Positions 12,521 to 27,765 are shown, numbered from the stretch's first letter. The stretch is DNA of 64,000 nt from Octopus vulgaris (GCA_951406725.2 OX597828.1:17360001-17424000); one strand, 5' to 3'. The notes: a model not told the origin generated them from the sequence alone. A program made the numbers and translations.

Positions 12521-14149
12521 AGATATGTGACATCCGCCTTTGCTCTCTTACTCTCTGTTTTAATATGATGACATTGTCCCTGAATCATTATAACACCCTC
12601 TTTTTAATATACTGACCCCCCTTCATTACACACTATTAACTTTTTACCCCCTTTTTTTAAAAATAAAATGATGTCACCTAATATTCCTTACACTCTGATT
12701 ACAGAAATATCTTAGTTCCAAATAGGTAGACATAAATATACGCCCGCCCCTGATCCTTTCCCCTTATCCTATCTTCAGTTCCTCGAAAATCCTGTCTGTT
12801 GAATGGTGATGCCAAATATCAGCGGGATTATATCGTATTTCAACTCATCTTGTTATTGTTTCTTATGATTCCTACTCTCTCTGCATGAATTTCCTTATCT
12901 TAGAACATCAATTTCGTACATTTCTGTAACTGAAACAGGCAGACCCTTCACACGATAAGGTTGCTTGTTCCTGCTAGAAATGATAGTTCAATATCCTTCA
13001 AAGTACTCCGTCCTGTGTGAGACAAAGATCGTACTGGAAATAGATAAGATGAGGCAACAAGCGTTTCTCATTGAGGTCGATCAACATATGAGAAATAGAA
13101 ATCAAATCTCTCTCAAGCCACATTGAAACGTCAGTGCATAGAATCATTACTGGTTTCTGGTTCTCCTTGTTTAATAGAGTTATACAAATGAACTTCAGTA
13201 AACTCTGTTGTCAAGTAGATATCAAGGTGAAGGGATTAATATCTACTTTATGTTGTTCTATGCTGTTTCCTTTATTTGGCAATTAAAGGGAGTGCATCCC
13301 TCCTCTCTCTCTCTGGAATGAAACGAATATTTATGTACAACAGAATCTAACTCGTTGCACTTGAATGCCTCTAGATACATGATGAGTTTCCAATGGCTAA
13401 ATATATCATCATTTCTGTTAAATGACCTTGGCTCTGGGTTTTACATGGCTGTATCATTTAGGATGCTCCAGGCTGTTGGGATATTTTCAATTCATTATCC
13501 TTTAGTTTCCACACGCAGACTGATAAAAAGAAACTTTAGTTAACTTAATCTGAAAGAGTACGTGTGAGAAGTGAATCTGCTTTTGAAAGTAACTTCGTGG
13601 AATCCTGCATAGCTTCACAACACTGCATGAGAGTTCACAGTAACAATCAAGTGTGCATAACCAACCAGCCATTTTTCTCTCAGACACAACTCAGTAAAAC
13701 TAATCGTAATTTTGTCTTCCGTGTAGATCTAACTAGTTAATATATTGTGCCTTTTAAATGCGCTGTCATCCGAAGTCAATATCATATTAGATGACGATAT
13801 CTAGAATATAGATATTTAATGGACCAACTTGCTCACTATCTCGAAATGTTTTGTCTTGTGACTGCTCAATGTTTGTTGCTGTCTAGTGTCAGGAAACCCC
13901 TGGACAAGTTCATTATAAAATCGTGACCATCTATCTTCTTTTTTCAACCACAATGTGTATAAAATCATTTTAGCCAATATGTGCGCCATTTTGAATCTTT
14001 AGGGTCTGATTTGAGAAAGAGATAGGCTTTCGCTTTGTGTTCATTTAAAATGTATGCGGATAAGAGTTTGCCTGTATACATGTATTAGTGTCTATGTATC
14101 TATGTGTCTGTGCGCCTAGGTTTTTACTACTATTTCATTTTTGCTTATT

Positions 14150-14350
14150 CCTTGATCAGCCCTGATAGAGTAGATACATAATGAACGACGTTCCAGATGC
14201 TACCATCCTTTAATTTCTATATACCCAAAATTAAATTGTGTAAGCTCATGCCTCTTTTTTTCTAAAAACAGTGATGTGTGATATGAGGGAGATTTAGCTG
14301 ATATTTACATTAAGTCGTGTGCAAAACCATGTGGACGCTCCCTCTTTAGA
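14150..14350 (+). repeat. Old dispersed repeat of unknown class (gagggagatttagctg...atttc); related remnants near 12960 (-), 42025 and 59660
   Basis: Recurring degenerate motif seen by eye only. Confidence 0.35.
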
Positions 14351-14453
14351 CTTGGCGATGAGTTACGTATTGCGGCGTGTCAGATAATACATGAACAGTT
14401 CCTACGATGGATGTATAAATACACTACAATCACACATATATGTTACTTTCTTT

Positions 14454-14660
<207 letters not shown>

Positions 14661-14961
14661 CATATTTATGTTTATTGGTCTCGGTCACTCCCCCGTTTCT
14701 GTTGTTACTGTCTGTTTTCCTGTGAATAATTTTAGTTGTTTACCTTTTCGTGTTGTATTACTGTTTTTAATAATATCTTGTTTTCTTTGACGGTTGGAGT
14801 CTGACGCAACTAAAGATAATTTGTCGAAGATTTTTTTTTCTCCCTGTAGTTTGGTTAATAACACGCTCTCTCTATAAAGCATGTATATTTGATTTCAGAT
14901 GAGGCGTTCTCTGATTCAGAACGTTGTTTTTTTTTCTCCTTTACCTCTCGCGTTAGCTTTT

Positions 14962-15440
<479 letters not shown>

Positions 15441-16256
15441 TCAAACTTCTGATATATTTCATGCTATGGCATGATACCACACAGAAAGTTGTTATGAAGC
15501 ATTATGACTTTCGCATCTTGTAGCCTTGAGTTGAGTTTTCAGAATCATTCTCAGCTTTCTATAATATATCTTCCACGTATTGTCTTCCTTTTAAGCAAGA
15601 TTTGCGGTATGTTTCTTGTTTTTTTTTTTTTTACTATCTCAATGATTAACATATCCCACAGCTTTTTATTCACTTCTAGGCAATACCAACATCTTCCCGC
15701 TCACTGATTTTCGAATATTTATAATCTTCAACGCTTTTTACTTATTCTCTACTTCTTTTCATATTCCAGATACATAGTGTCGCTATTACCCGAAGCTTTA
15801 GATGTCGATGTATTTCCACTTCATCGGAGCTGCATTGCATCCATGATTAGAATATTATACACTCCCTTATTCAATACAACTTACGTTAAATATTATACTA
15901 AAAATTGGTTCACATTATTATTGGTGGCTGCAAGTTGTAAATCTTAAAACATGGAAGTTTCATTGGTCAACGTTTTTGATTTCATGTTGTCGTATGATAA
16001 CAGAAGAAGCCTCAAATAACAAAAAAAAAAAAAAACAAGCATTTAAAAACCGAGGATGAGTCTAATCCCCGCCAATTTGTTGAGTTCTGGTTGTTACTTT
16101 CCATTCATAGACTGTATTTGATTTGTACCATATAGAAATTCGCCCGCCAATATCAGGTGAATATTATGGCCCATTTGCCGAAGCTGCTTACGAAAGTTTT
16201 AAAGCAGTAGCTGCGCATAGGTCGCGGGATTATGTATCATGAACATTTATAGATAA

Positions 16257-16533
16257 TCGAAGGGCATTCCAGAAGTTTTAGGAATTTTTCAGGACAGATA
16301 TTTATTAATTTAAAAGAAGTACAAAACTCGAACCCTCTTCAATGTAGGACCATTTGACTTCAATTTACTTATGGCGCTCCAGCCACTTCCTGAAGGCTCC
16401 GTGGATGTCCTCCAAACTAAAGGTGTCTAGGACTCCTGTAACAGCCTTCTTTACCTTCTCAATACATTCCCAACGACTGATCCTGGGATCTTCTTTCAGC
16501 TCGGGGAACAACCAAAAATCACTGGGAGCAACA
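16257..16533 (-). mobile_element. Mariner transposase relic (C-terminus and 3' TIR side)
   Basis: Minus-strand translation VAPSDFWLFPELKEDPRISRWECIEKVKKAVTGVLDTFSLEDIHGAFRKWLERHK matches the mariner DLAPxDFxLFPKLK region; related to 50725-51290. Confidence 0.85.
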
Positions 16534-17691
16534 ATTATGTTCCATGGTTGCGTGTGATCTTTGAGACTAAATCACTGGTTTAACAATTATGTATTCAAGT
16601 GTGTTGTTATCTGCCTCATGGAAATCTCCATTCTTTTGATAAATCATTAAAAAGGGACCAATTACTCCTTTACAATTCCTGCTATTCGGTTGTTACACAA
16701 GAGAGTAGACAACTAATTATTTATCCTGTAACCAAACGGGTTTATAGATCATCTCCAGATAAACACTCACAGAGTAAATCTAAAACGAAAGATATTATTA
16801 TCTAGGTTGTTAGTATGTACGCCAGGAACTATATTTTCCAATAATTTTTTCTTTAAGATTTTGATGTGTAATTTGAGTAAGATGTGACTGCAATTTCTAG
16901 CACGTCGATAAGGCATTACTCGAAAGAGAGTTGAGAACAGTACCGGTTGATTAAACCGAGGCAGATAACATGTAGGCTGCAATATTGTAAACTAAATTGT
17001 GCAGTATTGCTGTAAAATACTCTGCAGAACAGTGTACTGAAGTGTACACTGTCTAGCTCGTTCAGAGAAGGCAGAGATCAGATAACGTTGTAGTAGCGGT
17101 GGAAGAAACAGAACGAAGTGGGAGAGGCATAAATAGAGAAATATTGATCCGTAGTTGAGCTAAGTAGCAAGTGATACATAAGTAATTCAGAGATATGGTA
17201 ATATTATTAAAAGGGGATATAATAAATGCCGAAAATATTCCTTCCTGACTATTTTAGCCATTAGTCAATCGAACAGTCGCCAGTAATATCGAACGATATC
17301 GAGTTGTCTGGTTTGAATTCTTATGATATTAATATTTTTAGCAGTTAGGTGAGTGGATTAGAATTAAGATTGATGCGTTGTCAATCGGGTTTTCTTCTTT
17401 CACCAAGAATAACGTATCGTTATGAAATACACTAATGTCACATTTATCATTTAAGAAAACAGTTGTACAAGCGGCAATTTGGCGGAGTCGTTTGATGGCC
17501 AGAGGAGTAAATACTTACAGTTTTGATTCTCTGAGATCTCGGTTCAAATCGCGCTTAGGTTGCATTTGAGTTTAATGTTTGCGGATTACGTATCGCTATG
17601 AAATACACCAATGCCACATGTATCGTTTAGTAAAACAGCTAGAAAGGGGGCGAGTTGGTGAAGTCGTTAGAGTGATAGAATAGAAAGCCAT

Positions 17692-18113
17692 TAAGGCGGC
17701 AAGCTGGCAGAAATGTTAGCACGCCTGGCGAAATGCTTAGCGGTATTTCATCTGCCGCTACGTTCTGGGGTTCAAATTCCGCCGAGGTCGACTTTGCCTT
17801 TCATCCTTTCGGGGTCGATAAATTAAGTACCATTTACGCACTGGGGTCGATATAATCGACTTAATCCGTTTGTCTGTCCTTGTTTATCTCCTCTGTGTTT
17901 AGCCCCTTGTGGGTAGTAAAGAAATAGGTATTTCGTCTGCCGTTACCTTCTGGGTTCAAATTCCGCCGAGGTCGACTTTGCCTTTCATCCTTACGGGGTC
18001 GATAAATTAAGTACCAGATTCGCACTGGGGTCGATGTTATCGACGTAATCCGTTTGTCTACCCTTGTTTGTCCCCTCTGTGTGCAGCCCCTTGTGGGCAG
18101 TAAAGAAATAAGG
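17692..18113 (+). mobile_element. SINE family B, dimeric (head + two body units), nested in an older family B copy
   Basis: 12-bp TSD atagaaagccat at 17680-17691 and 18114-18125; unit junction aagaaataggtatttcgtctgcc at about 17920-17942. Confidence 0.92.
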
Positions 18114-18467
18114 ATAGAAAGCCATACGGCATTAGTTTTGGTTCTTTGTGTTTCCGGTTCAAATCACGCCTGTATCAAATGTCTGTGTGCGGTATCTTTT
18201 CGGGGTCTATAATCAACCTGCCAGTGAAATACCGATGTTGATTTTGCATTCTTCGCTCACTCTCAAATCTTTTGTGTATATTGTTGACAAGATGGTAATA
18301 TCATTTATTCTTTTGCTTGTTTCAGTCAAAGAATTGTAGCCAACAGCAATTCAGTCTTCAGAAACATATTATTTTCGTAGCACGGAGAAACGTTTCCGAC
18401 ACAAGGAGATTCCAACCTGGTTCTCACTCCCACTTACGGATATATTGCTTCTTTTAAGTAACAAATG

Positions 18468-18620
18468 AAGGTGTTTAGTCTTGTAGTGAGAGTTCTGGGC
18501 TCACAATCGTAGGCCGAGGTTTCGATTTCTGGATAAAGTAGTGCCATGTGACCTTTTACAAGGAACTTAATTTCAAACTGGTGTACTTCGCTCAGCTGTC
18601 AATGAGTACAAGCTCAGTGC
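18468..18620 (+). mobile_element. Degenerate tRNA-headed SINE (head D-like)
   Basis: gggctcacaatcgtagg...ggtttcgatttc...ctcagctgtcaatgagta. Confidence 0.5.
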
Positions 18621-18889
18621 TTGTAGAGCTTTCTATCTCACCACTTTTCACATCCTCGATATCCCATTGGATTAAGGGTGGGAGAGTATTTCTTTTGGTG
18701 TCTATGTCTACGTTGAAATACTCAGGCACCTGGTTATACTTGCTTGAGGGTGACCGCTAAGATTAAGCCGATAATTATCTTGCAAAAGAAAAAAAAATTA
18801 ATACCTATGAGTATCAAATAGAGCCACTTCATGGTCTGTGTGTTTTTATTTTTTCATGAGAAAGTTTATACTTTAATATATTCTTGGTA

Positions 18890-19036
18890 GTCAAGTGGTA
18901 CTTATTTTACCGATCCTGAACTGATGAAAAGCAAATTCCACCTCAACGGAATTTGAACCCAGAACGTGACGACAGACGAAATGGCACGAAGCACTTTTGC
19001 CAGGTGTGCTAACAATTCCACCAGCTCACTGCCTTA
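18890..19036 (-). mobile_element. SINE family B, diverged
   Basis: ggaatttgaacccagaacgtgacgacagacgaaatg...gccagctcactgcctt. Confidence 0.8.
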
Positions 19037-19043
19037 ATAAACA

Positions 19044-19090
<47 letters not shown>

Positions 19091-19503
19091 ACACACGCTC
19101 GCACGCGCATATCTATATGTTCTGGTCTTGTAACATCTGACACAGACACGCAGCATCGGGTTCAAAAAAGCTCGTGCTCTTCTCTGTGTGTTTTGTCATC
19201 TACATAGGTGGATGGACACTGACAGATCTGCTTTACTGCCCGATGAGAGATCAACCCCCTACAATCAGAGACGCCACTCAACAGCACCCTTAACTACGAT
19301 GCTGGTGTGTTTACGTACCTTAATTTAGCGGCTCAGCAAAAGAGACTGACAGGATAAGTACCCGGATTAAAAAAAAATAAATGAATACTGGGGCCGATTC
19401 GTTCGACTTTAACCCTTCAATCAGTGCCCCAGCATGGGACACCGATGAACCATGTAAAAGTGTACAAGATAAAAGATAACAGATAAGCTGAAGGAACGAG
19501 AGT

Positions 19504-19534
<31 letters not shown>

Positions 19535-20164
19535 GGAGAGAGGGAGAGGAATGACATACCCGTGAGGTGAATGTTAGCTTATCGTAGAAATATCTCAAAT
19601 GAGCCAATATATGAGTCAGTGTAGTACTTTTACAGCGTTGACTTTTCTTACAACCATCACTTATGCTACCACTTTCAAAATACTTTCGATTTTAGCATAT
19701 CAAATCATTAAAAAGAAAATGTTTGTTTGATTTTGAGTTGTCTCCTAATGTTTTATTCTCTTCGATGTTGATGTATCTTCGATAAAGTTAAGATATCGTA
19801 CTTGCCATGTTACGTGATATAACGCCTACGTCACTATTTTCTTAAAGATATAATATTCTGAGCGAGTGACAAAGTATATCTTGGTTTCGTACATCAAAGA
19901 ACGCTAGTCAGGAAACATCACAAGCCTACATCTCGGCTGGTTGTCCTAGCGAATCGAACATGCGCAGCTGCCTGCTGATATTCATAACTGATATTTATGA
20001 TAAGCGAATTTTGCAATTCGCTTTTAACATTAACATATAGTCACTTTCAATACTTACCAAATTTCTATAACTTCGAACACTACAAGCCTCTAAAAATGTA
20101 TAGAACTATCAATACCTAGTTGAGGAAGAATAATTATGTAAGTTACCACTTTCTTCTGCTTGTA

Positions 20165-20576
20165 TTACTCTTTACTCTTTTACTCTTTTACTTGTTTCAG
20201 TCATTTGACTGCGGCCATGCTGGAGCACCACTTTTAGTCGAGAAAATCGATCCCAGGACTTATAGTCCTTATTCTATCGGTCTCTTTTGCCGAACCGCCA
20301 GGTTACGGGGACGTAAACACACCAGCATCGGTTCTCAAGCGATGTTGGGGGGGGGGGGACAAACACAGACACACAAACATATACACACATACATATATAT
20401 ATATACATACATAAGACGGGCTTCTTTCAGTTTCCGTTTCCCGAATCCACTCACAAGGCTTTGGTCGGCCTGAGACTATAGTAGAAGACACTTGCCCAAG
20501 GTGCCACGCAGTGGGACTGAACCCGGAACCATGTGGTTGGTAAGCAAGCTACTTAACACTCAGCCACTCCTGCGCC
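20165..20576 (-). mobile_element. SINE family A, near full-length young copy
   Basis: Complete head (ggcgcaggagtggctgagtgttaagtagcttgcttaccaaccacatggttccgggttcagtccc on minus), internal microsatellite, (gtaaaaga)n tail. Confidence 0.92.
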
Positions 20577-22166
20577 TATTCACAAACTTTTTAAGTAACT
20601 GAGGTCAACTTCATCCGAAAGAACTGTTAAATAATATACTTCGCGGTTTTTCGGAGGAGTTGTTACAAGAACGGAACACACTCGGAGGGATCTAATCATC
20701 TGTGGTGGTACCGGGTGATAACCGAACAGACCACTGAGAATTCAAGAAGTAACTGACCTCCCACCCCCAACGTGAGATTAGTCTATTTGCAGTAATGCTA
20801 CCATCATCACAAATACTGCTCACCCTTTTCTGACAATAGCGAACAATTAGACCCCAAGACACGTTTTCCCATTTTCATTCAGTTGAACGCTGTTCAAGCT
20901 CTGATAGCAAGCTTCTGCCATAAAAAACAGATTGGTTGATATAATCTTCTTCTAGTGACCTATCTCTGGTGACAAGAAACAACTTTTCGAAACATTGCAT
21001 AAACCCGTATTAATACAGGTATTTCTTTTGTATAAAATAACTTTTATTTTACAATACTATTTCATTTCTAATAGCTCCGAACTCGTCAAATATTTAATTG
21101 AGCACTTAAGAAAAGATAAACCTCAGGATAGTCCGAAATGAGATATTCCCCAAAAACGGTACGCGGTTTTATACAAATTTTATGTAATGTTATTTGCCAG
21201 TGAAGTTCTGCTGGGCTTTCATCCAGAAGTCTTTCCACAATTTCTGGATGTCTAATGTTCAGGTTATTAAAACGTATATGCACAATAAACAGCGCAAATC
21301 AGACCGTTGGTATACATTCTCATTCTTCCAATTTTCGTTGTTCCCCGTGCACAGGACCACTCAGTATCGGTCGGTAGACGTCAGCACGCATCAGGTAATA
21401 ATTTGTTTGCTGAGCATATAAAATAAAAGTCGTAAGGTTTTGTTAGATTCATTAACTTTGTTTGAGGAAACGGTTGGTGTCGCAAAGTCCTTCTACCTTT
21501 AAGAATCGAGTGCGTTATGACTATCTGCGCAATCATAAGGTTAAGGTTGTTTCCAAGGTACTCGTTCCTGAATTCTTTGTGATATCTGAGGATATTTGCA
21601 CTCACCTACGCTGACTCGGCAACGCAGTGCAGAACGGATTACGGATTGAAACCGAGAGGAACAAATGAAGGCACCCTACTCGAGGCTGCCTTAGTTGAGA
21701 TCAGCAGAAAAAGAAGTGAAAATGATAGGTATGGCTTACAAGATGCTTAAAATGAAAGCAGACGTCAAAATAAACTGTTAAAAACTGGTTTGGGGAGTTT
21801 ATAAATTGCCAGGAACCCGAAAATGTTTTGATAATGATAATGAGCAGTTCTGGGTGGAAAAAACTTAAAATGTGACACTAGTAAAACATGTGAGGTGAAA
21901 TGAAATAATTTAAATTGAAATGTTTCTCATTCACTATGTTATATTGTCATGCTCTACCGATTCTAGTATATAGCACTTTTAATATTATTTCGTACATATA
22001 GCGTTTGGGAACATTGAATAATTCATATAAAATTTTTTAAATCTGATTTGGTGTAACCACTCTTTTACATGTCTGGTTAGCGTCTTCTGCAAGGGTTCCA
22101 GTTTATCGTTTGACCAGTCACACCAAGATCAGCACTGGCTGGGGGACAACAGATGTTGTTCAAAGG

Positions 22167-22547
22167 ATGGAAGCACTCCGTCGGTTACGACGACGAGGGT
22201 TCCGGTTGATCCGATCAACGGAACAGCCTGCTCGTGAAATTAACGTGTAAGTGGCTGAGCACTCCACAGACACGTGTACCCTTAACGTAGTTCTCGGGGA
22301 TATTCAGCGTGACACAGAGAGTGACAAGGCCGGCCCTTTGAAATACAGGTACAACAGAAACAGGAAGAAAGACTGAGAGAAAGTTGTGGTGAAAGAGTAC
22401 AGCAGGGATCACCACCATCCCTGCCGGATCCTCATGGAGCTTTAAGTGTTTTCGCTCAATAAACACTCACAACGCCCGGTCTGGGAATCGAAACCGCGAT
22501 CCTACGACCGCGAGTCCGCTACCCTAACCACTGGGCCATTGCGCCTC
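22167..22547 (-). mobile_element. tRNA-headed SINE, head C + tail Y, full length with TSD
   Basis: A box tggcccagtgg and B box gtttcgattcc on minus; 10-bp TSD tgttcaaagg at 22157-22166 and 22548-22557. Confidence 0.92.
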
Positions 22548-22583
22548 TGTTCAAAGGGCAACACCAGGAAATGAAAGAGGAAC

Positions 22584-22592
22584 GGTAGTACC

Positions 22593-22644
<52 letters not shown>

Positions 22645-22657
22645 CATCAGCAGAATC

Positions 22658-22690
<33 letters not shown>

Positions 22691-22752
22691 AGTGGTGGTG
22701 GTGGTGGTGATGGTGGTAGTAGTAGTAGTAGCAGTAGTAGTAGTAGCAGTAG
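22584..22752. repeat. (TAG)n/(TGG)n microsatellite
   Basis: Direct reading. Confidence 0.95.
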
Positions 22753-23353
22753 TTATCATATGAGAGTCGGCCGTTGGTTACATATTATTAATTTATCAAT
22801 GATTCGTTAATTGCATTTGTGACGGTGAGAATAACAAAGTGTTCGTAACTCAAGCATAGAACAAATATATAAAAAGAGGCTTTGTTTGAAGAATATAAAA
22901 GTTTCTCTTTTCTAGCCGTTATTTGCATCGTTTGACAATGTAATCCACAAAATAATTCACTATATACACTCACACACACACTGCCTGTATTTTCTGAGTA
23001 TCTATGATTTTGCTTTTAAATACCTGTTTTTTTTTTTTTGTTCGTTGTGAAGGTGGGTGGGGGGTCCACTCTTCGCTACTGTGCAAAGGTCACACATTTT
23101 TCTTCTATTTTGTTGGCGTTCGGATCTGTCTAGGATTTTCCATTTAGTTCTTTAGCCCCGAGCATTTTGTTTGGATTTCGAAAGAAATTTTCCTGAATGC
23201 TTATAAAAATGAATATAAGCGTATATAAATATAACTTATATTATCCTTCTCTCATGGGAAATGGCTCACAAGACATTCACCTTCACGGAAGCGGAAGTTT
23301 GAGAAAATTATCTTTCCAAAATATTTCTCACTTTTTAATATTATGCAGTCATG

Positions 23354-23572
23354 AAGGCGGCGAGCTGGTAGAATCTTTAGCACGCCGTGTGAAGTGTTTT
23401 GCGGCATTTTGCCCGATTTCACGTTCTGGATTGAAATTCCTTAAAGATACACTTTGCCTCTCATTCTTTCGGGGTCGATAAAATAAGTACCAGTTCAGTA
23501 CTGGCGGTCGTTGCAATCGACTTGCCCAACCACCCGAGCTTACTGGCATTGTGCCAAAATTTGAAACCAGTA
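23354..23572 (+). mobile_element. SINE family B (tail ttgtgccaaaatttgaaacc)
   Basis: Similarity to the other family B copies. Confidence 0.8.
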
Positions 23573-24694
23573 TTATATGAAGAGGAACTTGGAGGAAATA
23601 ACGAAATCTTAAAAAGGAGATGGTATACTTGCAAATACATGTTTACCTATCTATCCATATGCATGTAGATAAGGTAGTCTTCCGCACAGTTTCCGCCAAC
23701 CAAATTTCTCTCAGAAGACATTGTTTAACTAGAGCCCAGTATATCGTACCATAGAATCGAACTCAGAACTATATGCTTCAAAAGCAGATTTCTTAACGAC
23801 ATATCCATAGGCTTTTCAGTAGCAATTCTGGAAAATCATTAGCAAAATCCGATAAATTATATGGTTATGCAAGCGGACAATTATTAAGTGGAAATGAATA
23901 GAAAACCGATTAGATTTGAAGTGAGAAAGATGTGTATTTAAGTAAAAGAAGATATTTTTCCTTTTTTTCAAACGATACACAAAGATAAAACTTTATATTT
24001 TAACATTGAAATGAAACGATTCAAATATGCCGAAGTTATATGTTTGTTCTCTTCAAAATTTTATCGATTCTCTTTCCTTTTATGTAACTTTGATTAATTA
24101 ATGAAAGATAAATAAAACATTTTTCTCGTGATTTTTTTTCTTTCTCTTTCTATCTCATCTTTCTCCTTCTCTCTCTCTCTCTCATTCTCCCACTCGCTCT
24201 CGCCATCAATATATTTCTCTCAATCACTGTCGTGTCGCTTACTTGTTCTCTTGGAGACTATATACTGAGCGATAAATAGAATCCCACAATACTTGACCAA
24301 CTTTCGGCTTTATTTTCTTTTTGTCAATTGGTGTAGTGTAGGAGATTTTTCTTTTGTTTTCATATTGCAAGGGAGAAAAAGAGTTAACGGAATCCTCCTC
24401 AGCGGTCTATATTTTCATTATCTTATATTGATGAAAAGGTTTCTAATAAAAGCGTTGGCGCCTACATAAATCAACCAGCGTATCGTTTCTTAATTACAGA
24501 AGAATTAGTAATGAATTAGAATCGCTAAGTTTCGCATCGTAAGAGGAAATAAAGGAAAAAGAAGTCCGGATTTCTCCTATTCAATGTTTTAAATTCTATT
24601 ATCAATCCTTGCAAACTGTGAAATTAAAAATATTGTTGAACGGCTTGAGCTGGAAGAATTATTAATACCTACAGTAATCAATAGACACATGCGT

Positions 24695-25260
24695 GCATAC
24701 ATACATACATACATACATACATACATACATACATACATACATACATACACACATAAATACATACATACATACATTGATACATGCATACATATATATGTGA
24801 ACATATGTATGATGGTACATTTATATATCTATACACTTACACATAGATTTAAGCACACATGTACGTATAAATTATATTAACATCTACATATGTATATAAA
24901 TGTATGTGTATATAAATTGAAACGCATATATATATATATATATATGTATATATATCTATATATATATGTATATATATATGTATATATATATATATGTATA
25001 TATATGTATATATATATGTATATATATGTATATATATATGTATATATATGTATATATACATGTATATATATGTATATATATACATATCTATATATATGCA
25101 TATATATATATATATATGCATATATATATATGTATATATATGTATATATATGTATATATATATATATGTATATATATGTATATATATACATATATATATA
25201 TATATACATATATGTGTATATATATATATATATACACATATATGTGTATATATATATACA

Positions 25261-25328
<68 letters not shown>

Positions 25329-25330
25329 CA

Positions 25331-25386
<56 letters not shown>

Positions 25387-25435
25387 GGTGTGTGTATGAA
25401 TGTATGTATGTATGTAAACAATATATATGCATATA
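24695..25435. repeat. (TACA)n followed by a long (TA)n/(TATATG)n block
   Basis: Direct reading. Confidence 0.95.
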
Positions 25436-25739
25436 CTTATTACGTCCGTTGTATCCTCTAGGACTTACTCTATTTTCTCTTTGCGAAACCCCACCTAGTT
25501 TGCTAGACACCTGCAAAGCTCATTCTGTTGTACTTATATATGTATAATCATTACTACATATTTTCACTTCTCCGTTTATAGCCGCAAGGCTTCGTACTGT
25601 TATATATGCATAATTCGTTGTCTGTTGTATTTATATATAACGTATTGTTTGTTTCTGTCTTAGCACAGATTCACTAGCTTTTTCCCAGTAGCTTAGTAAG
25701 AGTACCAGCGCCTGCAAAATTGAACAGTATCAAAGTTAA

Positions 25740-25957
25740 TTGGCGAGATGTTAGGATGTCAGCACCATTATCGTAAGATTGTGGTCTCCATTCCTGGACT
25801 GGGCGACGCGTTGTGTTCTTGAGCAAAACACTTCATTTCACGTTGCTCCAGTCCACTCATCTGGCAAAAATGAGTAAAGCTGCGATGGACGGCGTCCCAT
25901 CCAGCTGAGAACACATACACCATAAAAACCGGGAAACCGGGCTCATGAGCTTGGCTA
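25740..25957 (+). mobile_element. tRNA-headed SINE, head D + tail X', diverged
   Basis: gttgtgttcttgagcaaaacacttcatttcacgttgctccagtccactca...gcgatggacggcgtcccatccag...aaaccgggaaaccgggc. Confidence 0.8.
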
Positions 25958-26229
25958 TTTTTTATTTTTTTTTACATACGTCTTATGTAATAATACCGAA
26001 AGCACCAACTGGTCGAGAAATGTTAAAGAATTGGAGCTGAAAAAAAGAAACAATAACGTTTTAGTTACATGGTCTTGAATCTCCATGGGAAATAATTTTA
26101 ATTAAGTTTGACCATAAAACACGAGATTAAACATGTACTATTTAATGTGCCTGCTTGCAGAGCTTCACATGCATTCACAAGTTTTCATCAGAGGAAGCCA
26201 GTTCTTACGAAAGTATTCCAAAGACAATG

Positions 26230-26448
26230 TAATCCTTTCTACTATAGGGCACAAGGCCTGAAATTTGAATGCAGGGGTCCAGTCGATTAGATCGACCTCA
26301 GTACGTAACTGGTACTTAATTTACCGGTCCCGAAAGAATAAAAGCAACGTCGTCCTCGGGGGAATTTGAACTCAGAACGTAGCGACCGGCGAAATACCTC
26401 TAAACATTTTGTCCAGCGTGCTAACGATTCTGCCAGCTCACTACCTTC
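26230..26448 (-). mobile_element. SINE family B
   Basis: ggaatttgaactcagaacgtagcgaccggcgaaatacc...gctaacgattctgccagctca. Confidence 0.8.
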
Positions 26449-26477
26449 CAAAGGTAATGTAAAGCTTAGAATAATAT

Positions 26478-26945
26478 ATGGGTGTGTAGTGAAGACGCTC
26501 GCTTTACAACCGCGTAGCTCCGGTTTCTATCCCACTGCATGGCACAATGTGAAGAGGTGTTCTGCTATATATAACAAATGTTTTGTGAGTAAAATGAGCA
26601 GTCGGAAATTGTATCGAAGCCTACCACACACACGCATACAGATATATATATATATAAGTGTGTGTGTGTGTTGTGTGTGTGTGTATGTGTGTGTGTGCGC
26701 ATCTTATGTGCATATATGTATCTTTGCTGATGTGTCTGTATTTTTCCCCCTGCCTTAACAGCTTGCCAACTGCTGTTGGTTTGTTTACGCTTCCGAAACT
26801 TAACATTTCAGTAAAATACACCGATAAATTTAGTATCAAACTCACAAAAATATATAGTGGGGTTAATTTGTTCGAATAAACATTACAAGTTGGTGTCTCA
26901 GCGCGTTCACAGTCCAATGACTGCAACAAATAAAAGGAAAAGGAC
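26478..26945 (+). mobile_element. SINE family A, highly diverged
   Basis: Head, internal TA/TG tract and aatgactgcaacaaataaaag tail in the expected order. Confidence 0.6.
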
Positions 26946-27339
26946 AAAATGAACTTAGCAAGCTTTAAAACCCAGCACCAACTCGGAAGTATAATTACTC
27001 AAGCAAGCCATAAAATAAAAGCAAAAATACATGCATAGACACACCTAATTCATAGAAATGCAATGATAAACTGGATACATTTCAGAGGCATATGTACAAG
27101 CTGCAATTTTTAGTATGAATTTTGATACGTTAGGGCAGGTAGCAGATATCTCCTCGTATCTATAGTAACAGTGAAGGTATCACTTTCTAAGTATATTCGT
27201 TCACCATTTTGCCGGAATAATTGAAGGAATGTATAGCAGATTTTTCACAAAAATTGTCCAGAGCCCTAATCCCTTATCATTATTTCAGATCCCGAAAGCT
27301 CAAGCAAATAGCTAATTTTATTCGCTCGAGAATATATGA

Positions 27340-27617
27340 GATGTATATGCATGCATATGTACATACACACATATATATTTATATACAAACATACATGCAT
27401 GCATGCATACTTGCATATACATACATATAAATAAATAATTATGTATATATATATATGTATATATATATATATAAATATGCATATATATACATATATACAT
27501 ATATATACATATCTATATACATATAGATACACAAACACACTATTGTATATACATATACACACATATATATATACATATACATATATATATATATAAATAA
27601 GCATACATCCACATATA

Positions 27618-27659
<42 letters not shown>

Positions 27660-27675
27660 TATATATTTCTATATG

Positions 27676-27750
<75 letters not shown>

Positions 27751-27765
27751 CTGTACACACACACG

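Noticed and set aside
16098-16162. Possible 46-nt exon (tttccattcatag ... cag|gtgaat)
   Set aside because: Splice-like signals of this quality occur by chance; no recognisable peptide or partner exons.
19238-19275. ccgatgagagat...atcagagac HHR-like remnant (similar weak cases at 30285-30330 and 58635-58705)
   Set aside because: Too many core substitutions to support without a family consensus.
20630-21720. Unique, moderately GC-rich stretch as coding exons or a transposase
   Set aside because: No recognisable motif in the frames I examined; needs BLASTX or RNA-seq.
26150-26193. Minus-strand cctCTGATGA...GAAG hammerhead-like string
   Set aside because: No GAAA, weak stems II and III; cannot be distinguished from chance.
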